Source: Eledone cirrhosa (Eukaryota). Taken from it: a stretch of 64,000 nucleotides of DNA. The notes below the pieces were generated by a model that was not told the origin of the DNA, made no database searches, and saw only the letters and a program-made list of their open reading frames with translations. The position numbers were made by a program, and so were the translations under genes. How positions within the stretch are numbered: the first letter of the stretch is position 1; each line of letters opens with the position of its first letter. The DNA lies in the NCBI GenBank assembly GCA_964016885.1, contig OZ024743.1:135160001-135224000 (forward strand), read 5' to 3'. Positions 37,901-49,800 of this stretch are shown here, piece by piece.

Positions 37901-40900
37901 TGTTTGGTGTTTGGTATTTGGTGTTTGCTGTTTGCTGTTTGGTGTTTGGTGTTTGGTGTTTGCTGTTTGGTGTTTGCTGCTTGGTGTTTGGTGCTTGGTG
38001 CTTGGTGCTGGGTGGTTGGCGTTTGGTGCTTGGTGCTTGGTGTTTGGTGCTTGGTGTTTGGTGTTTGGTGCTTGGTGTTTGGTGTTTGGTGCTTGGTGCT
38101 TGGTGCTTGGTGTTTGGTGTTTGGTGTTTGGTGCTTGGTGCTTGGTCTTTGGTGCTTGCTGCTTGGTGCTTGGTCTTTGGTGCTTGGTGCTTGGTGGTTG
38201 GTGTTTGGTGCTGCATGCTTGGTGTTTGGTGTTTGGTTCTTGGTGCTTGGTGCTTGGTATTTGGTGCTTGGTGCTTGGTGCTTGGTGATTAGTGTTTGGT
38301 GCTTGGTGCTTGGAGTTTGGTGTTTGGTGCTTGGTGCTTGGTGTTTGGTGTTTGGTACTTGGTGTTTGGTGCTTGGTGTTTGGTGTTTGCTGTTTGGTTC
38401 TTGGTGCTTGGTGCTTGGTATTTGGTGCTTGGTGCTTGGTGCTTGGTGATTAGAGTTTGGTGCTTGGTGCTTGGTGTTTGGTGCTTAGTGCTTGGTGTTT
38501 GGTGTTTGGTACTTGGTGTTTGGTGCTTGGTGTTTGGTGTTTGCTGTTTGCTGTTTGTTGTTTGGTGTTTGGTGTTTGCTGTATGGTGTTTGCTGTTTCG
38601 TGTTTGGTCTTTGCTGTTTGGTGTTTAGTCTTTGGTGCTTGGTGTTTGGTGCTTGGTGCTTGGTGTTTGGTGTTTGGTTTTTGCTGTTTGGTGTCTACTT
38701 TTTGGTGTTTGGTGTTTGCTGTATGGTGTTTGCTGTTTCGTGTTTGGTGTTTGCTGTTTGGTGTTTGGTCTTTGGTGCTTGGTGTTTGGTGCTTGGTGCT
38801 TGGTTTTTGGTGTTTAGTGCTTGGTGCCTGGTGCTTGTTGTTTTGTGATTGGTGCTTGGTGTTTGGTGCTTGGCGTTTGGTGTTTGGTGTTTGCCGTTTG
38901 GTGTTTGGTGCTTGGTGCTTGGTGCTTGGTGTTTGGTGCTTGGCGTTTGGTGCTTGGTGCTTGGTGTTTGGTGCCTGGTGCTTGTTGTTTGGTGCTTGGT
39001 GCTTGGTGTTTGGTGCTTGGTGCTTGGTGCCTGGTGCTTGGTGTTTGGTTTTTGGTGCTTGGTGTTTGGTCCTTGGTGCATGGTGCTTGGAGCTTGGTGA
39101 TTAGTGTTTGGTGCTTGGTGCTTGGGGTTTGGTGTTCAGTGCTTGGTGCTTGGTGTTTGGTGCTTGGTGTTTGCTGTTTGGTGTTTGGTGTTTGGTGTTT
39201 GCTGTTTGCTGTCTGCTTTTTGGTGTTTGGTGTTTGCTGTATGGTGTTTGCTGTTTGGTGTTTGGTGTTTGGTGTTTGGTGTTTCCTGTTTGGTCTTTGG
39301 TCTTTGGTGCTTGGTGTTTGGTGCTTGGTGCTTGGTGCTTGTTGTTTGGTGATTGGTGCTTGGCGCTTGGTGTTTGGTGTTTGGTGTTTGGTGCTTGGTG
39401 TCTGGTGCTTGGTGTTTGGTGTTTGGTGTTTGGTGCTTGGTGCTTGGTGCTTGGTGTTCGGTGTTTGGTGTTTGGTGCTTGGTGCTTGGTGTTTGGTGCT
39501 TGGTGCTTGGTGCTTGGTGTTTGGTGCTGCATGCTTGGTGTTTGGTGTTTGGTGCTTGGTGCTTGGTGCTTGGTATTTGGTGCTTGGTGCTTGGTGCTTG
39601 GTGATTAGTGTTTGGTGCTTGGTGCTTGGGGTTTGGTGTTTGGTGCTTGGTGCTTGGTGTTTGGTGCTTGGTACTTGGTGTTTGGTGCTTGGTGTTTGGT
39701 GTTTGCTGTTTGCTGTTTGGTGTTTGGTGTTTGCTGTATGGTGTTTGCTGTTTCGTGTTTGGTCTTTGCTATTTGGTGTTTGGTGTTTGGTGTTTGGTGC
39801 TTGGTGCTTAGTGCTTGGTGCTTGGTGCTTGGTGTTTGGTGCTTGGCGTTTGGTGTTGGTACTTGGTGTTTGGTGGTTGGTGCTTGGTGCTTGGTGTTTG
39901 GTGTTTGGTGTTTGGTGCTTGGTGCTTGGTGCCTGGTGCTTGGTGTTTTGCGTTTGGTGCTTGGTGCTTGGTGCTGGGTTGTTGGCGTTTGGTGCTTGGT
40001 GCTTGGTGTTTGGTGCTTGGTGCTTGGTGTTTGGTGTTTGGTGCTTGGTGCTTGGTATTTGGTGCTTGGTGTTTGGTGTTTGGTGGTTGGTGCTTGGTGT
40101 TTGCTGCTTGGTGCTTGGTGATTAGTGTTTGGTGCTTGGTGCTTGGGGTTTGGTGTTTGGTGCTTGGTGCTTGGTGTTTGGTGCTTGGTGCTTGGTGTTT
40201 GGTGCTTGGTGTTTGGTGTTTGCTGTTTGGTGTTTGCTGTTTGCTATTTGCTGTCTGCTTTTTGGTTTTTGGTGTTTGCTGTATGGTGTTTGCTGTTTCG
40301 TGTTTGGTGTTTGCTGTTTGGTGTTTGGTGTTTGGTGTTTGGTGTTTCCTGTTTGGTCTTTGGTCTTTGGTGCTTGTTGTTTGGTGCTTGGTGCTTGGTG
40401 TTTGGTGTTTGATGCTTGGTGCTTGGTGTTTGTTGTTTGGTGCTTGGTGCTTGTTGTTTGGTGATTGGTGCTTGGTGCTTGGTGTTTGGTGTTTGGTGCT
40501 TGGTGCCTGGTGCTTGTTGTTTGGTGATTGGTGCTTGGTGCTTGGTGTTTGGTGTTTGGTGTTTGGTGTTTGGTGCTTGGTGTTTGGTTTTTGGTGCTAG
40601 GTGCTTGGTGCTTGGTGCAGGGTGCTTGGTGTTTGGTGTAAGGTGTTTGGTGCTTGGGGCTTGGTGTTTGGTGCTTGGTGCTTGGTGCTTGGTCTTTGGT
40701 GCTTGGTGTTTGGTGTTTGGTGCTTGGTGCTTGGTGCTTGGTGTTTGGTGCTTGGTGCTTGGTGATTAGTGTTTGGTGCTTGGTGCTTGGGATTTGGTGT
40801 TTGGTGCTTGGTGCTTGGTGTTTGGTGCTTGGTAATTGGTGTTTGGTGCTTGGTGTTTGGTGTTTGCTGTTTGCTGTTTGGTGTTTGGTGTTTGCTTTTT

Positions 40901-42940
40901 GGTGTTTGGTGTTTGCTGTATGGTGTTTGGTGTTTGCTGTATGGTGTTTGCTGTTTCGTGTTTGGTGTTTGCTGTTTGGTGTTTGGTCTTTGGTGCTAGG
41001 TGTTTGGTGCTTGGTGCTTGGTGTTTGGTGTTTGGTGCTTGGTGCTTGGTGTTTGGTGTTTAGTGCTTGGTGCCTGGCGCTTGTTGTTTGGTGATTGGTG
41101 CTTGGTGTTTGGTGTTTGCTGTTTGGTGTTTGGTGTTTGGTGTTTGCCTTTTGGTGTTTGGTGCATGGTGCTTGGTGTTTGGTGCCTGGTGCTTGTTGTT
41201 TGGTGCTTGGTGCTTGGTGTTTAGTGCTTGGTGTTTGGTGTTTGGTGCTTGGTGCTTGGTGTTTGGTGTTTGGTGCTTGGTGCATGGTGCTTGGTGTTTG
41301 GTGTTTGGTGCTTGGTGTTTGGTGCTTGGAGCTTGGTGCTTCGTGTTTGGTGCTTAGTGATTGGTGCTTGGTGTTTGGTGCAGGGTGCTTGGTGTTTGGT
41401 GCTTGTGTTTGGTGTTTGGTTTTTGATGCTTGGTGTTTGATGCTTGGTGCTTGGTGCTTGGTGTTTGGTGTTTGGTGCTTGGTGCTTGGTGTTTGTACTT
41501 GGTGCTTGGTGCTTGGTGCGTGGTGTTTGGTGCTTGGTGCTTGGTGCTTGGTGTTTGGTTCTTGGTGTTTGGTGCTTGGTGCTTGGTGCTTGGTGTTTGG
41601 TGCTTGGTGCTTGGTGTTTGGTGCTTGGTGCCTGGTGCTTGGTGTTTGGTGCTTGGTGTTTGGTGCTTGGTGCTTGGTGCTTGGTGTAAGGTGTTAGGTG
41701 TTTGGTGCTTGGTGTTTGGTGCTTGGTGCTTGGTGTTTGGTGCAGGGTGCTTGCTGCTTGCTGCTTGGGGTTTGGTGCTTGGTGATTGGTGCTAGGTGCT
41801 TGGTGCTTGGTGTTTGGTGCTTGGTGTTTGGTGCTTGGTACTTGGGCCTTGGTGTTTGGTGCTTGGTGCTTGGTGCTTGGTGTTTGGTGTTTGGTCTTTG
41901 GTGCTTGGTGCTTGGAGCTGGGTGGTTGGCGTTTGGTGCTTGGTGCTTGGTGTTTGGTGCTTGGTGCTTGGTGTTTGGTGCTTGGTGCTTGGTTCTTGGG
42001 GCTTGGTGTTTGGTGCTTGGTGCTTGGTGCCTGGTGCTTGGTGTTTGGTTTTTGGTGCTTGGTGTTTGGTGCTTGGTGCTTGGTGCTGGGTGGTTGGCGT
42101 TTAGTGCTTGGTGCTTGGTGTTTGGTGCTTGGTGCTTGGTGTTTGGTGCTTGGTGCTTGGTCATTGATGCTTGGTGTTTGGTGTTTGGTGGTTGGTGCTT
42201 GGTGTTTGGTGCTTGGTGCTTGGTGATTAGTGTTTGGTGCTTGGTGCTTGGGGTTTGGTGTCGGTGCTTGGTGCTTGGTGTTTGGTGCTTGGTGTTTGCT
42301 GTTTGGTGTTTGCTGTTTGGTGTTTGCTGTTTCGTGTTTGGTGTTTGGTGTTTGGTGTTTCCTGTTTGGTCTTTGGTCTTTGGTGCTTGGTGTTTGGTGC
42401 TTGGGGCTTGGTGCTTGTTGTTTGGTGATTGGTGCTTGGTGCTTGGTGTTTGGTGTTTGGTGTTTGGTGCTTGGTGTCTGGTGCTTGGTGTTTGGTGTTT
42501 GGTGCTTGGTGATTGGTGCTTGGTGTTTGGTGTTTGGTGTTTGGTGCTTGGTGCTTGGTGTTTGGTGCTTGGTGCTTGGTGCTTGGTGTTTGGTGCTGCA
42601 TGCTTGGTGTTTTGTGTTTGGTGCTTGGTGCTTGGTATTTGGTGCTTGGTGCTTGGTGCTTGGTGATTAGTGTTTGGTGCTTGGTGCTTGGGGTTTGGTG
42701 TTTGGTGCTTGGTGCTTGGTGTTTGGTGCTTGGTACTTGGTGTTTGGTGCTTGGTGTTTGGTGTTTGCTGTTTGATGTTTGGTGTTTGGTGTTTGGTGTT
42801 TGCTGTATGGTGTTTGGTGTTTCGTGTTTGGTCTTTGCTGTTTGGTGTTTGGTCTTTGGTGCTTGGTGTTTGGTGCTTGGTGCTTGGTGTTTGGTGTTTG
42901 GTGCTTGGTGCTTGCTGTTTGGTGTTTAGTGCTTGGTGCC
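31950..42940 (+). repeat. Dispersed duplication: ~32.0-34.85 kb repeated at ~39.9-42.9 kb (offset 7899 then 8094)
   Basis: ORF pairs 32226/40125, 32755/40654 and 33101/41000 (offset 7899); 33604/41698, 34136/42230 and 34576/42670 (offset 8094). Private markers GGTAATTGG, GTGCGTGG and GGGCCTTGG are shared. Confidence 0.85.
35920..39000 (+). repeat. ~1.07-kb segment duplicated at ~2016-bp offset (35920-36990 vs 37930-39000)
   Basis: ORF pairs 36280/38296, 36441/38457, 36476/38492 and 36616/38632. The GCTTAGTGC variant is shared at ~36467/38483. Confidence 0.85.
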
Positions 42941-43800
42941 TGGTGCTTGGTGTTTGGTGCTTGGTGTTTGGTGCTTGGTGCTTGGTGCTTGGTGTAAGGT
43001 GTTAGGTGTTTGGTGCTTGGTGTTTGGTGCTTGGTGCTTGGTGTTTGGTGCAGGGTGCTTGCTGCTTGCTGCTTGGGGTTTGGTGCTTGGTGATTGGTGC
43101 TAGGTGCTTGGTGCTTGGTGTTTGGTGCTTGGTGTTTGGTGCTTGGTACTTGGGCCTTGGTGTTTGGTGCTTGGTGCTTGGTGCTTGGTGTTTGGTGTTT
43201 GGTGTTTGGTGCTTGGTGCTTGGAGCTGGGTGGTTGGCGTTTGGTGCTTGGTGCTTGGTGTTTGGTGCTTGGTGCTTGGTGTTTGGTGCTTGGTGCTTGG
43301 TGCTTGGGGCTTGGTGTTTGGTGCTTGGTGCTTGGTGCCTGGTGCTTGGTGTTTGGTTTTTGGTGCTTGGTGTTTGGTGCTTGGTGCTTGGTGCTGGGTG
43401 GTTGGCGTTTAGTGCTTGGTGCTTGGTGTTTGGTGCTTGGTGCTTGGTGCTTGGTGTTTGGTGCTGCATGCTTGGTGTTTTGTGTTTGGTGCTTGGTGCT
43501 TGGTATTTGGTGCTTGGTGCTTGGTGCTTGGTGATTAGTGTTTGGTGCTTGGTGCTTGGGGTTTGGTGTTTGGTGCTTGGTGCTTGGTGTTTGGTGCTTG
43601 GTACTTGGTGTTTGGTGCTTGGTGTTTGGTGTTTGCTGTTTGATGTTTGGTGTTTGGTGTTTGGTGTTTGCTGTATGGTGTTTGCTGTTTCGTGTTTGGT
43701 CTTTGCTGTTTGGTGTTTGGTCTTTGGTGCTTGGTGTTTGGTGCTTGGTGCTTGGTGTTTGGTGTTTGGTGCTTGGTGCTTGCTGTTTGGTGTTTAGTGC
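41640..43800 (+). repeat. Mosaic local duplication (offsets 1308 and 868 bp)
   Basis: ORF pairs 41698/43006, 41786/43094 and 41796/43104 (offset 1308); 42670/43538 and 42779/43647 (offset 868). The AAGG marker lies at 41688/42996. Confidence 0.8.
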
Positions 43801-46800
43801 TTGGTGCCTGGTGCTTGTTGTTTGGTGATTGGTGCTTGGTTTTTGGTGTTTGCTGTTTGCTGTTTGGTGTTTGGTGTTTGCCGTTTGGTGTTTGGTGCTT
43901 GGTGCTTGGTGCTTGGTGTTTGGTGCTTGGCGTTTGGTGCTTGGTGCTTGGTGTTTGGTGCCTGGTGCTTGTTGTTTGGTACTTGTTGCTTGGTGTTTGG
44001 TGTTTGGTGTTTGGTGTTTAGTGCTTGGTGTTTGGTGCATTGTTCTTGGTGTTTGGTGTTTGGAGCTTGGTGTTTGGTGCTTGGAGCTTGGTGCTTCGTG
44101 TTTGGTGCTTGGTGCTTGGTGCTTGGTGTTTGGTGCTTGGTGTTTGGTGTTTGGTTTTTGATGCTTGGTGTTTGATGCTTGGTGCTTGGTGCTTGGTGTT
44201 TGGTTTTTGGTGCTTGGTGCTTGGTGCTTGGTGCTTGGTGTTTGGTGCTTGGTGTTTGGTGTTTGCTGCTTGGTGTTTGGTGCTTGGTGCTTGGTGCTTG
44301 GTGTTAGGTGATGGTGCTTGGTGTTTGGTGCTTCGTGCTTGGTGCTTGGTGTTTGGTGCTTGGTGCTTGGTGTTTGGTGCTTGGTGCCTGCTGCTTGGTG
44401 TTTGGTGCTTGGTGCTTGGTGTTTGGTGTTTGGTGCTTGGTGTTTGGTGCTTGGTGCTTGGTGTTTGGTGCTTGGTGCTTGGTGTTTGGTGTTTGGTATT
44501 TGGAGCTTGGTGTTTGGTGCTTGGTGCTTGGTGTTTGGTGCTTGGTGATTGGTGCTTGGTGCTTGGTGCTTGGTGTTTGGTGTTTGGTGCTAGGTGCTTG
44601 GTGCTTGGTGTTTGGTGCTCGGTGTTTGGTGCTTGGTACTTGGGGCTTGGTGTTTGGTGCTTGGTGCTTGGTGTTTGGTGTTTGGTGTTTGGTGTTTGGT
44701 GCTTGGTGCTTGGTGCTGGGTGGTTGGCGTTTGGTGCTTGGTGCTTGGTGTTTGGTGCTTGGTGCTTGGTGTTTGGTGCTTGGTGCTTGGTGCTTGGGGC
44801 TTGGTGTTTGGTGCTTGGTGCTTGGTGCTTGGTGTTTGGGGCTTGGTGCTTGGTGTTTGATGCTTGGTGCTTGGTGTTTGGTGTTTGCTGTTTGGTGTTT
44901 GGTGTTTGCTGTTTGGTGTTTGCTGCTTGGTGTTTGGTGCTTGGTGCTTGGTGCTGGGTGGTTGGCGTTTGGTGCTTGGTGCTTGGTGTTTGGTGCTTGG
45001 TGTTTGGTGTTTGGTGCTTGGTGTTTGGTGTTTGGTGCTTGGTGCTTGGTGTTTGGTGTTTGGTGTTTGGTGCTTGGTGCTTGGTCTTTGGTGCTTGGTG
45101 CTTGGTGCTTGGTCTTTGGTGCTTGGTGCTTGGTGGTTGGTGTTTGGTGCTGCATGCTTGGTGTTTGGTGTTTGGTTCTTGGTGCTTGGTGCTTGGTATT
45201 TGGTGCTTGGTGCTTGGTGCTTGGTGATTAGTGTTTGGTGCTTGGTGCTTGGAGTTTGGTGTTTGGTGCTTGGTGCTTGGTGTTTGGTGTTTGGTACTTG
45301 GTGTTTGGTGCTTGGTGTTTGGTGTTTGCTGTTTGGTTCTTGGTGCTTGGTGCTTGGTATTTGGTGCTTGGTGCTTGGTGCTTGGTGATTAGAGTTTGGT
45401 GCTTGGTGCTTGGTGTTTGGTGCTTGGTGCTTGGTGTTTGGTGTTTGGTACTTGGTGTTTGGTGCTTGGTGTTTGGTGTTTGCTGTTTGCTGTTTGTTGT
45501 TTGGTGTTTGGTGTTTGCTGTATGGTGTTTGCTGTTTCGTGTTTGGTCTTTGCTGTTTGGTGTTTAGTCTTTGGTGCTTGGTGTTTGGTGCTTGGTGCTT
45601 GGTGTTTGGTGTTTGGTTTTTGCTGTTTGGTGTCTACTTTTTGGTGTTTGGTGTTTGCTGTATGGTGTTTGCTGTTTCGTGTTTGGTGTTTGCTGTTTGG
45701 TGTTTGGTCTTTGGTGCTTGGTGTTTGGTGCTTGGTGCTTGGTTTTTGGTGTTTAGTGCTTGGTGCCTGGTGCTTGTTGTTTTGTGATTGGTGCTTGGTG
45801 TTTGGTGCTTGGCGTTTGGTGTTTGGTGTTTGCCGTTTGGTGTTTGGTGCTTGGTGCTTGGTGCTTGGTGTTTGGTGCTTGGCGTTTGGTGCTTGGTGCT
45901 TGGTGTTTGGTGCCTGGTGCTTGTTGTTTGGTGCTTGGTGCTTGGTGTTTAGTGCTTGGTGTTTGGTGTTTGGTGCTTGGTGCTTGGTGTTTGGTGTTTG
46001 GTGCTTGGTGCATGGTGCTTGTTGTTTGGTGTTTGGTGCTTGGTGTTTGGTGCTTGGAGCTTGGTGCTTCGTGTTTGGTGCTTGGTGATTGGTGCTTGGT
46101 GTTTGGTGCAGGGTGCTTGGTGTTTGGTGCTTGGTGTTTGGTGTTTGGTTTTTGATGCTTGGTGTTTGATGTTTGGTGCTTGGTGCTTGGTGTTTGGTGT
46201 TTGGTGCTTGGTGCATGGTGTTTGTACTTGGTGTTTGGTGCTTGGTGCTTGGTTCTTGGTGTTTGGTGCTTGGTGCTTGGTGCTTGGTGTTTGGTGCTTG
46301 GTGTTTGGTGCTTGGTGCTTGGTGTTTGGTGTTTGGTGTTTGGTGCTTGGTGCTTGGTGCTTGGTGTTTGGTGCTTGGTGCTTGGTGTTTGGTGCTTGGT
46401 GCTTGGTGTAAGGTGTTAGGTGTTTGGTGCTTGGTGCTTGGTGTTTGGTGCTTGGTGCTTGGTGTTTGGTGTTTGGTGCTTGCTGCTTGCTGCTTGGGGT
46501 TTGGTGCTTGGTGATTGGTGCTTGTTGTTTGGTGCTTGGTGCTTGGTGTTTGGTGTTTGGTGCTAGGTGCTTGGTGCTTGGTGCTTGGTGTTTGGTGCTT
46601 GGTGTTTGGTGCTTGGTACTTGGGGCTTGGTGTTTGGTGCTTGGTGCTTGGTGCTTGGTGTTTGGTGTTTGGTGTTTGGTGCTTGGTGCTTGGTGCTGGG
46701 TGGTTGGCGTTTGGTGATTGGTGCTTGGTGTTTGGTGCTTGGTGTTTGGTGCTTGGTGCTTGGTGCTTGGGGCTTGGTGTTTGGTGCTTGGTGCTTGGTG

Positions 46801-49800
46801 CCTGGTGCTTGGTGTTTGGTTTTTGGTGCTTGGTGTTTGGTCCTTGGTGCATGGTGCTGGGTGGTTGGCGTTTAGTGCTTGGTGCTTGGTGTTTGGTGGT
46901 TGGTGCTTGGTGTTTGGTGCTTGGTGCTTGGTGATTAGTGTTTGGTGCTTGGTGCTTGGGGTTTGGTGTTCAGTGCTTGGTGCTTGGTGTTTGGTGCTTG
47001 GTGTTTGCTGTTTGGTGTTTGGTGTTTGGTGTTTGCTGTTTGCTGTCTGCTTTTGGTGTTTGGTGTTTGCTGTATGGTGTTTGCTGTTTGGTGTTTGGTG
47101 TTTGGTGTTTGGTGTTTCCTGTTTGGTCTTTGGTCTTTGGTGCTTGGTGTTTGGTGCTTGGTGCTTGGTGCTTGTTGTTTGGTGATTGGTGCTTGGCGCT
47201 TGGTGTTTGGTGTTTGGTGTTTGGTGCTTGGTGTCTGGTGCTTGGTGTTTGGTGTTTGGTGTTTGGTGCTTGGTGCTTGGTGCTTGGTGTTCGGTGTTTG
47301 GTGTTTGGTGCTTGGTGCTTGGTGTTTGGTGCTTGGTGCTTGGTGCTTGGTGTTTGGTGCTGCATGCTTGGTGTTTGGTGTTTGGTGCTTGGTGCTTGGT
47401 GCTTGGTATTTGGTGCTTGGTGCTTGGTGCTTGGTGATTAGTGTTTGGTGCTTGGTGCTTGGGGTTTGGTGTTTGGTGCTTGGTGCTTGGTGTTTGGTGC
47501 TTGGTACTTGGTGTTTGGTGCTTGGTGTTTGGTGTTTGCTGTTTGCTGTTTGGTGTTTGGTGTTTGCTGTATGGTGTTTGCTGTTTCGTGTTTGGTCTTT
47601 GCTATTTGGTGTTTGGTCTTTGGTGTTTGGTGTTTGATGCTTGGTGCTTGGTGCTTGGTGTTTGATGCTTGGTGCTTGGTGTTTGGTGATTGGTGCTTGG
47701 TGCTTGCTATTTGGTGTTTAGTGCTTGGTGCCTGGTGCTTGTTGTTTGGTGATTGGTGCTTGTTGTTTGGTGTTTGCTTTTTGCTGTTTGGTGTTTGGTG
47801 TTTGCCGTTTGGTGTTTAGTGCTTGGTGCTTGGTGCTTGGTGTTTGGTGCTTGGCGTTTGGTGCTTGGTGCTTGGTGTTTTGTGCCTGGTGCTTGTTGTT
47901 TGGTGCTTGTTGCTTGGTGTTTGGTGTTTGGTGTTTGGTGTTTAGTGCTTGGTGTTTGGTGCATTGTTCTTGGTGTTTGGTGTTTGGAGCTTGGTGTTTG
48001 GTGCTTGGAGCTTGGTGCTTCGTGTTTGGTGCTTGGTGCTTGGTGCTGCATGCTTGGTGTTTTGTGTTTGGTGCTTGGTGCTTGGTATTTGGTGCTTGGT
48101 GCTTGGTGCTTGGTGATTAGTGTTTGGTGCTTGGTGCTTGGGGTTTGGTGTTTGGTGCTTGGTGCTTGGTGTTTGGTGCTTGGTACTTGGTGTTTGGTGC
48201 TTGGTGTTTGGTGTTTGCTGTTTGATGTTTGGTGTTTGGTGTTTGGTGTTTGCTGTATGGTGTTTGCTGTTTCGTGTTTGGTCTTTGCTGTTTGGTGTTT
48301 GGTCTTTGGTGCTTGGTGTTTGGTGCTTGGTGCTTGGTGTTTGGTGTTTGGTGCTTGGTGCTTGCTGTTTGGTGTTTAGTACTTGGTGCCTGGTGCTTGT
48401 TGTTTGGTGATTGGTGCTTGGTTTTTGGTGTTTGCTGTTTGCTGTTTGGTGTTTGGTGTTTGCCGTTTGGTGTTTGGTGCTTGGTGCTTGGTGCTTGGTG
48501 TTTGGTGCTTGGCGTTTGGTGCTTGGTGCTTGGTGTTTGGTGCCTGGTGCTTGTTGTTTGGTACTTGTTGCTTGGTGTTTGGTGTTTGGTGTTTGGTGTT
48601 TAGTGCTTGGTGTTTGGTGCATTGTTCTTGGTGTTTGGTGTTTGGAGCTTGGTGTTTGGTGCTTGGAGCTTGGTGCTTCGTGTTTGGTGCTTGGTGCTTG
48701 GTGCTTGGTGTTTGGTGCTTGGTGTTTGGTGTTTGGTTTTTGATGCTTGGTGTTTGATGCTTGGTGCTTGGTGCTTGGTGTTTGGTTTTTGGTGCTTGGT
48801 GCTTGGTGCTTGGTGCTTGGTGTTTGGTGCTTGGTGTTTGGTGTTTGCTGCTTGGTGTTTGGTGCTTGGTGCTTGGTGCTTGGTGTTAGGTGATGGTGCT
48901 TGGTGTTTGGTGCTTCGTGCTTGGTGCTTGGTGTTTGGTGCTTGGTGCTTGGTGTTTGGTGCTTGGTGCCTGCTGCTTGGTGTTTGGTGCTTGGTGCTTG
49001 GTGTTTGGTGTTTGGTGCTTGGTGTTTGGTGCTTGGTGCTTGGTGTTTGGTGCTTGGTGCTTGGTGTTTGGTGTTTGGTATTTGGAGCTTGGTGTTTGGT
49101 GCTTGGTGCTTGGTGTTTGGTGCTTGGTGATTGGTGCTTGGTGCTTGGTGCTTGGTGTTTGGTGTTTGGTGCTAGGTGCTTGGTGCTTGGTGTTTGGTGC
49201 TCGGTGATTGGTGCTTGGTACTTGGGGCTTGGTGTTTGGTGCTTGGTGCTTGGTGTTTGGTGTTTGGTGTTTGGTGTTTGGTGCTTGGTGCTTGGTGCTG
49301 GGTGGTTGGCGTTTGGTGCTTGGTGCTTGGTGTTTGGTGCTTGGTGCTTGGTGTTTGGTGCTTGGTGCTTGGTGCTTGGGGCTTGGTGTTTGGTGCTTGG
49401 TGCTTGGTGCTTGGTGTTTGGGGCTTGGTGCTTGGTGTTTGATGCTTGGTGCTTGGTGTTTGGTGTTTGCTGTTTGGTGTTTGGTGTTTGCTGTTTGGTG
49501 TTTGCTGCTTGGTGTTTGGTGCTTGGTGCTTGGTGCTGGGTGGTTGGCGTTTGGTGCTTGGTGCTTGGTGTTTGGTGCTTGGTGTTTGGTGTTTGGTGCT
49601 TGGTGTTTGGTGTTTGGTGCTTGGTGCTTGGTGTTTGGTGTTTGGTGTTTGGTGCTTGGTGCTTGGTCTTTGGTGCTTGGTGCTTGGTGCTTGGTCTTTG
49701 GTGCTTGGTGCTTGGTGGTTGGTGTTTGGTGCTGCATGCTTGGTGTTTGGTGTTTGGTTCTTGGTGCTTGGTGCTTGGTATTTGGTGCTTGGTGCTTGGT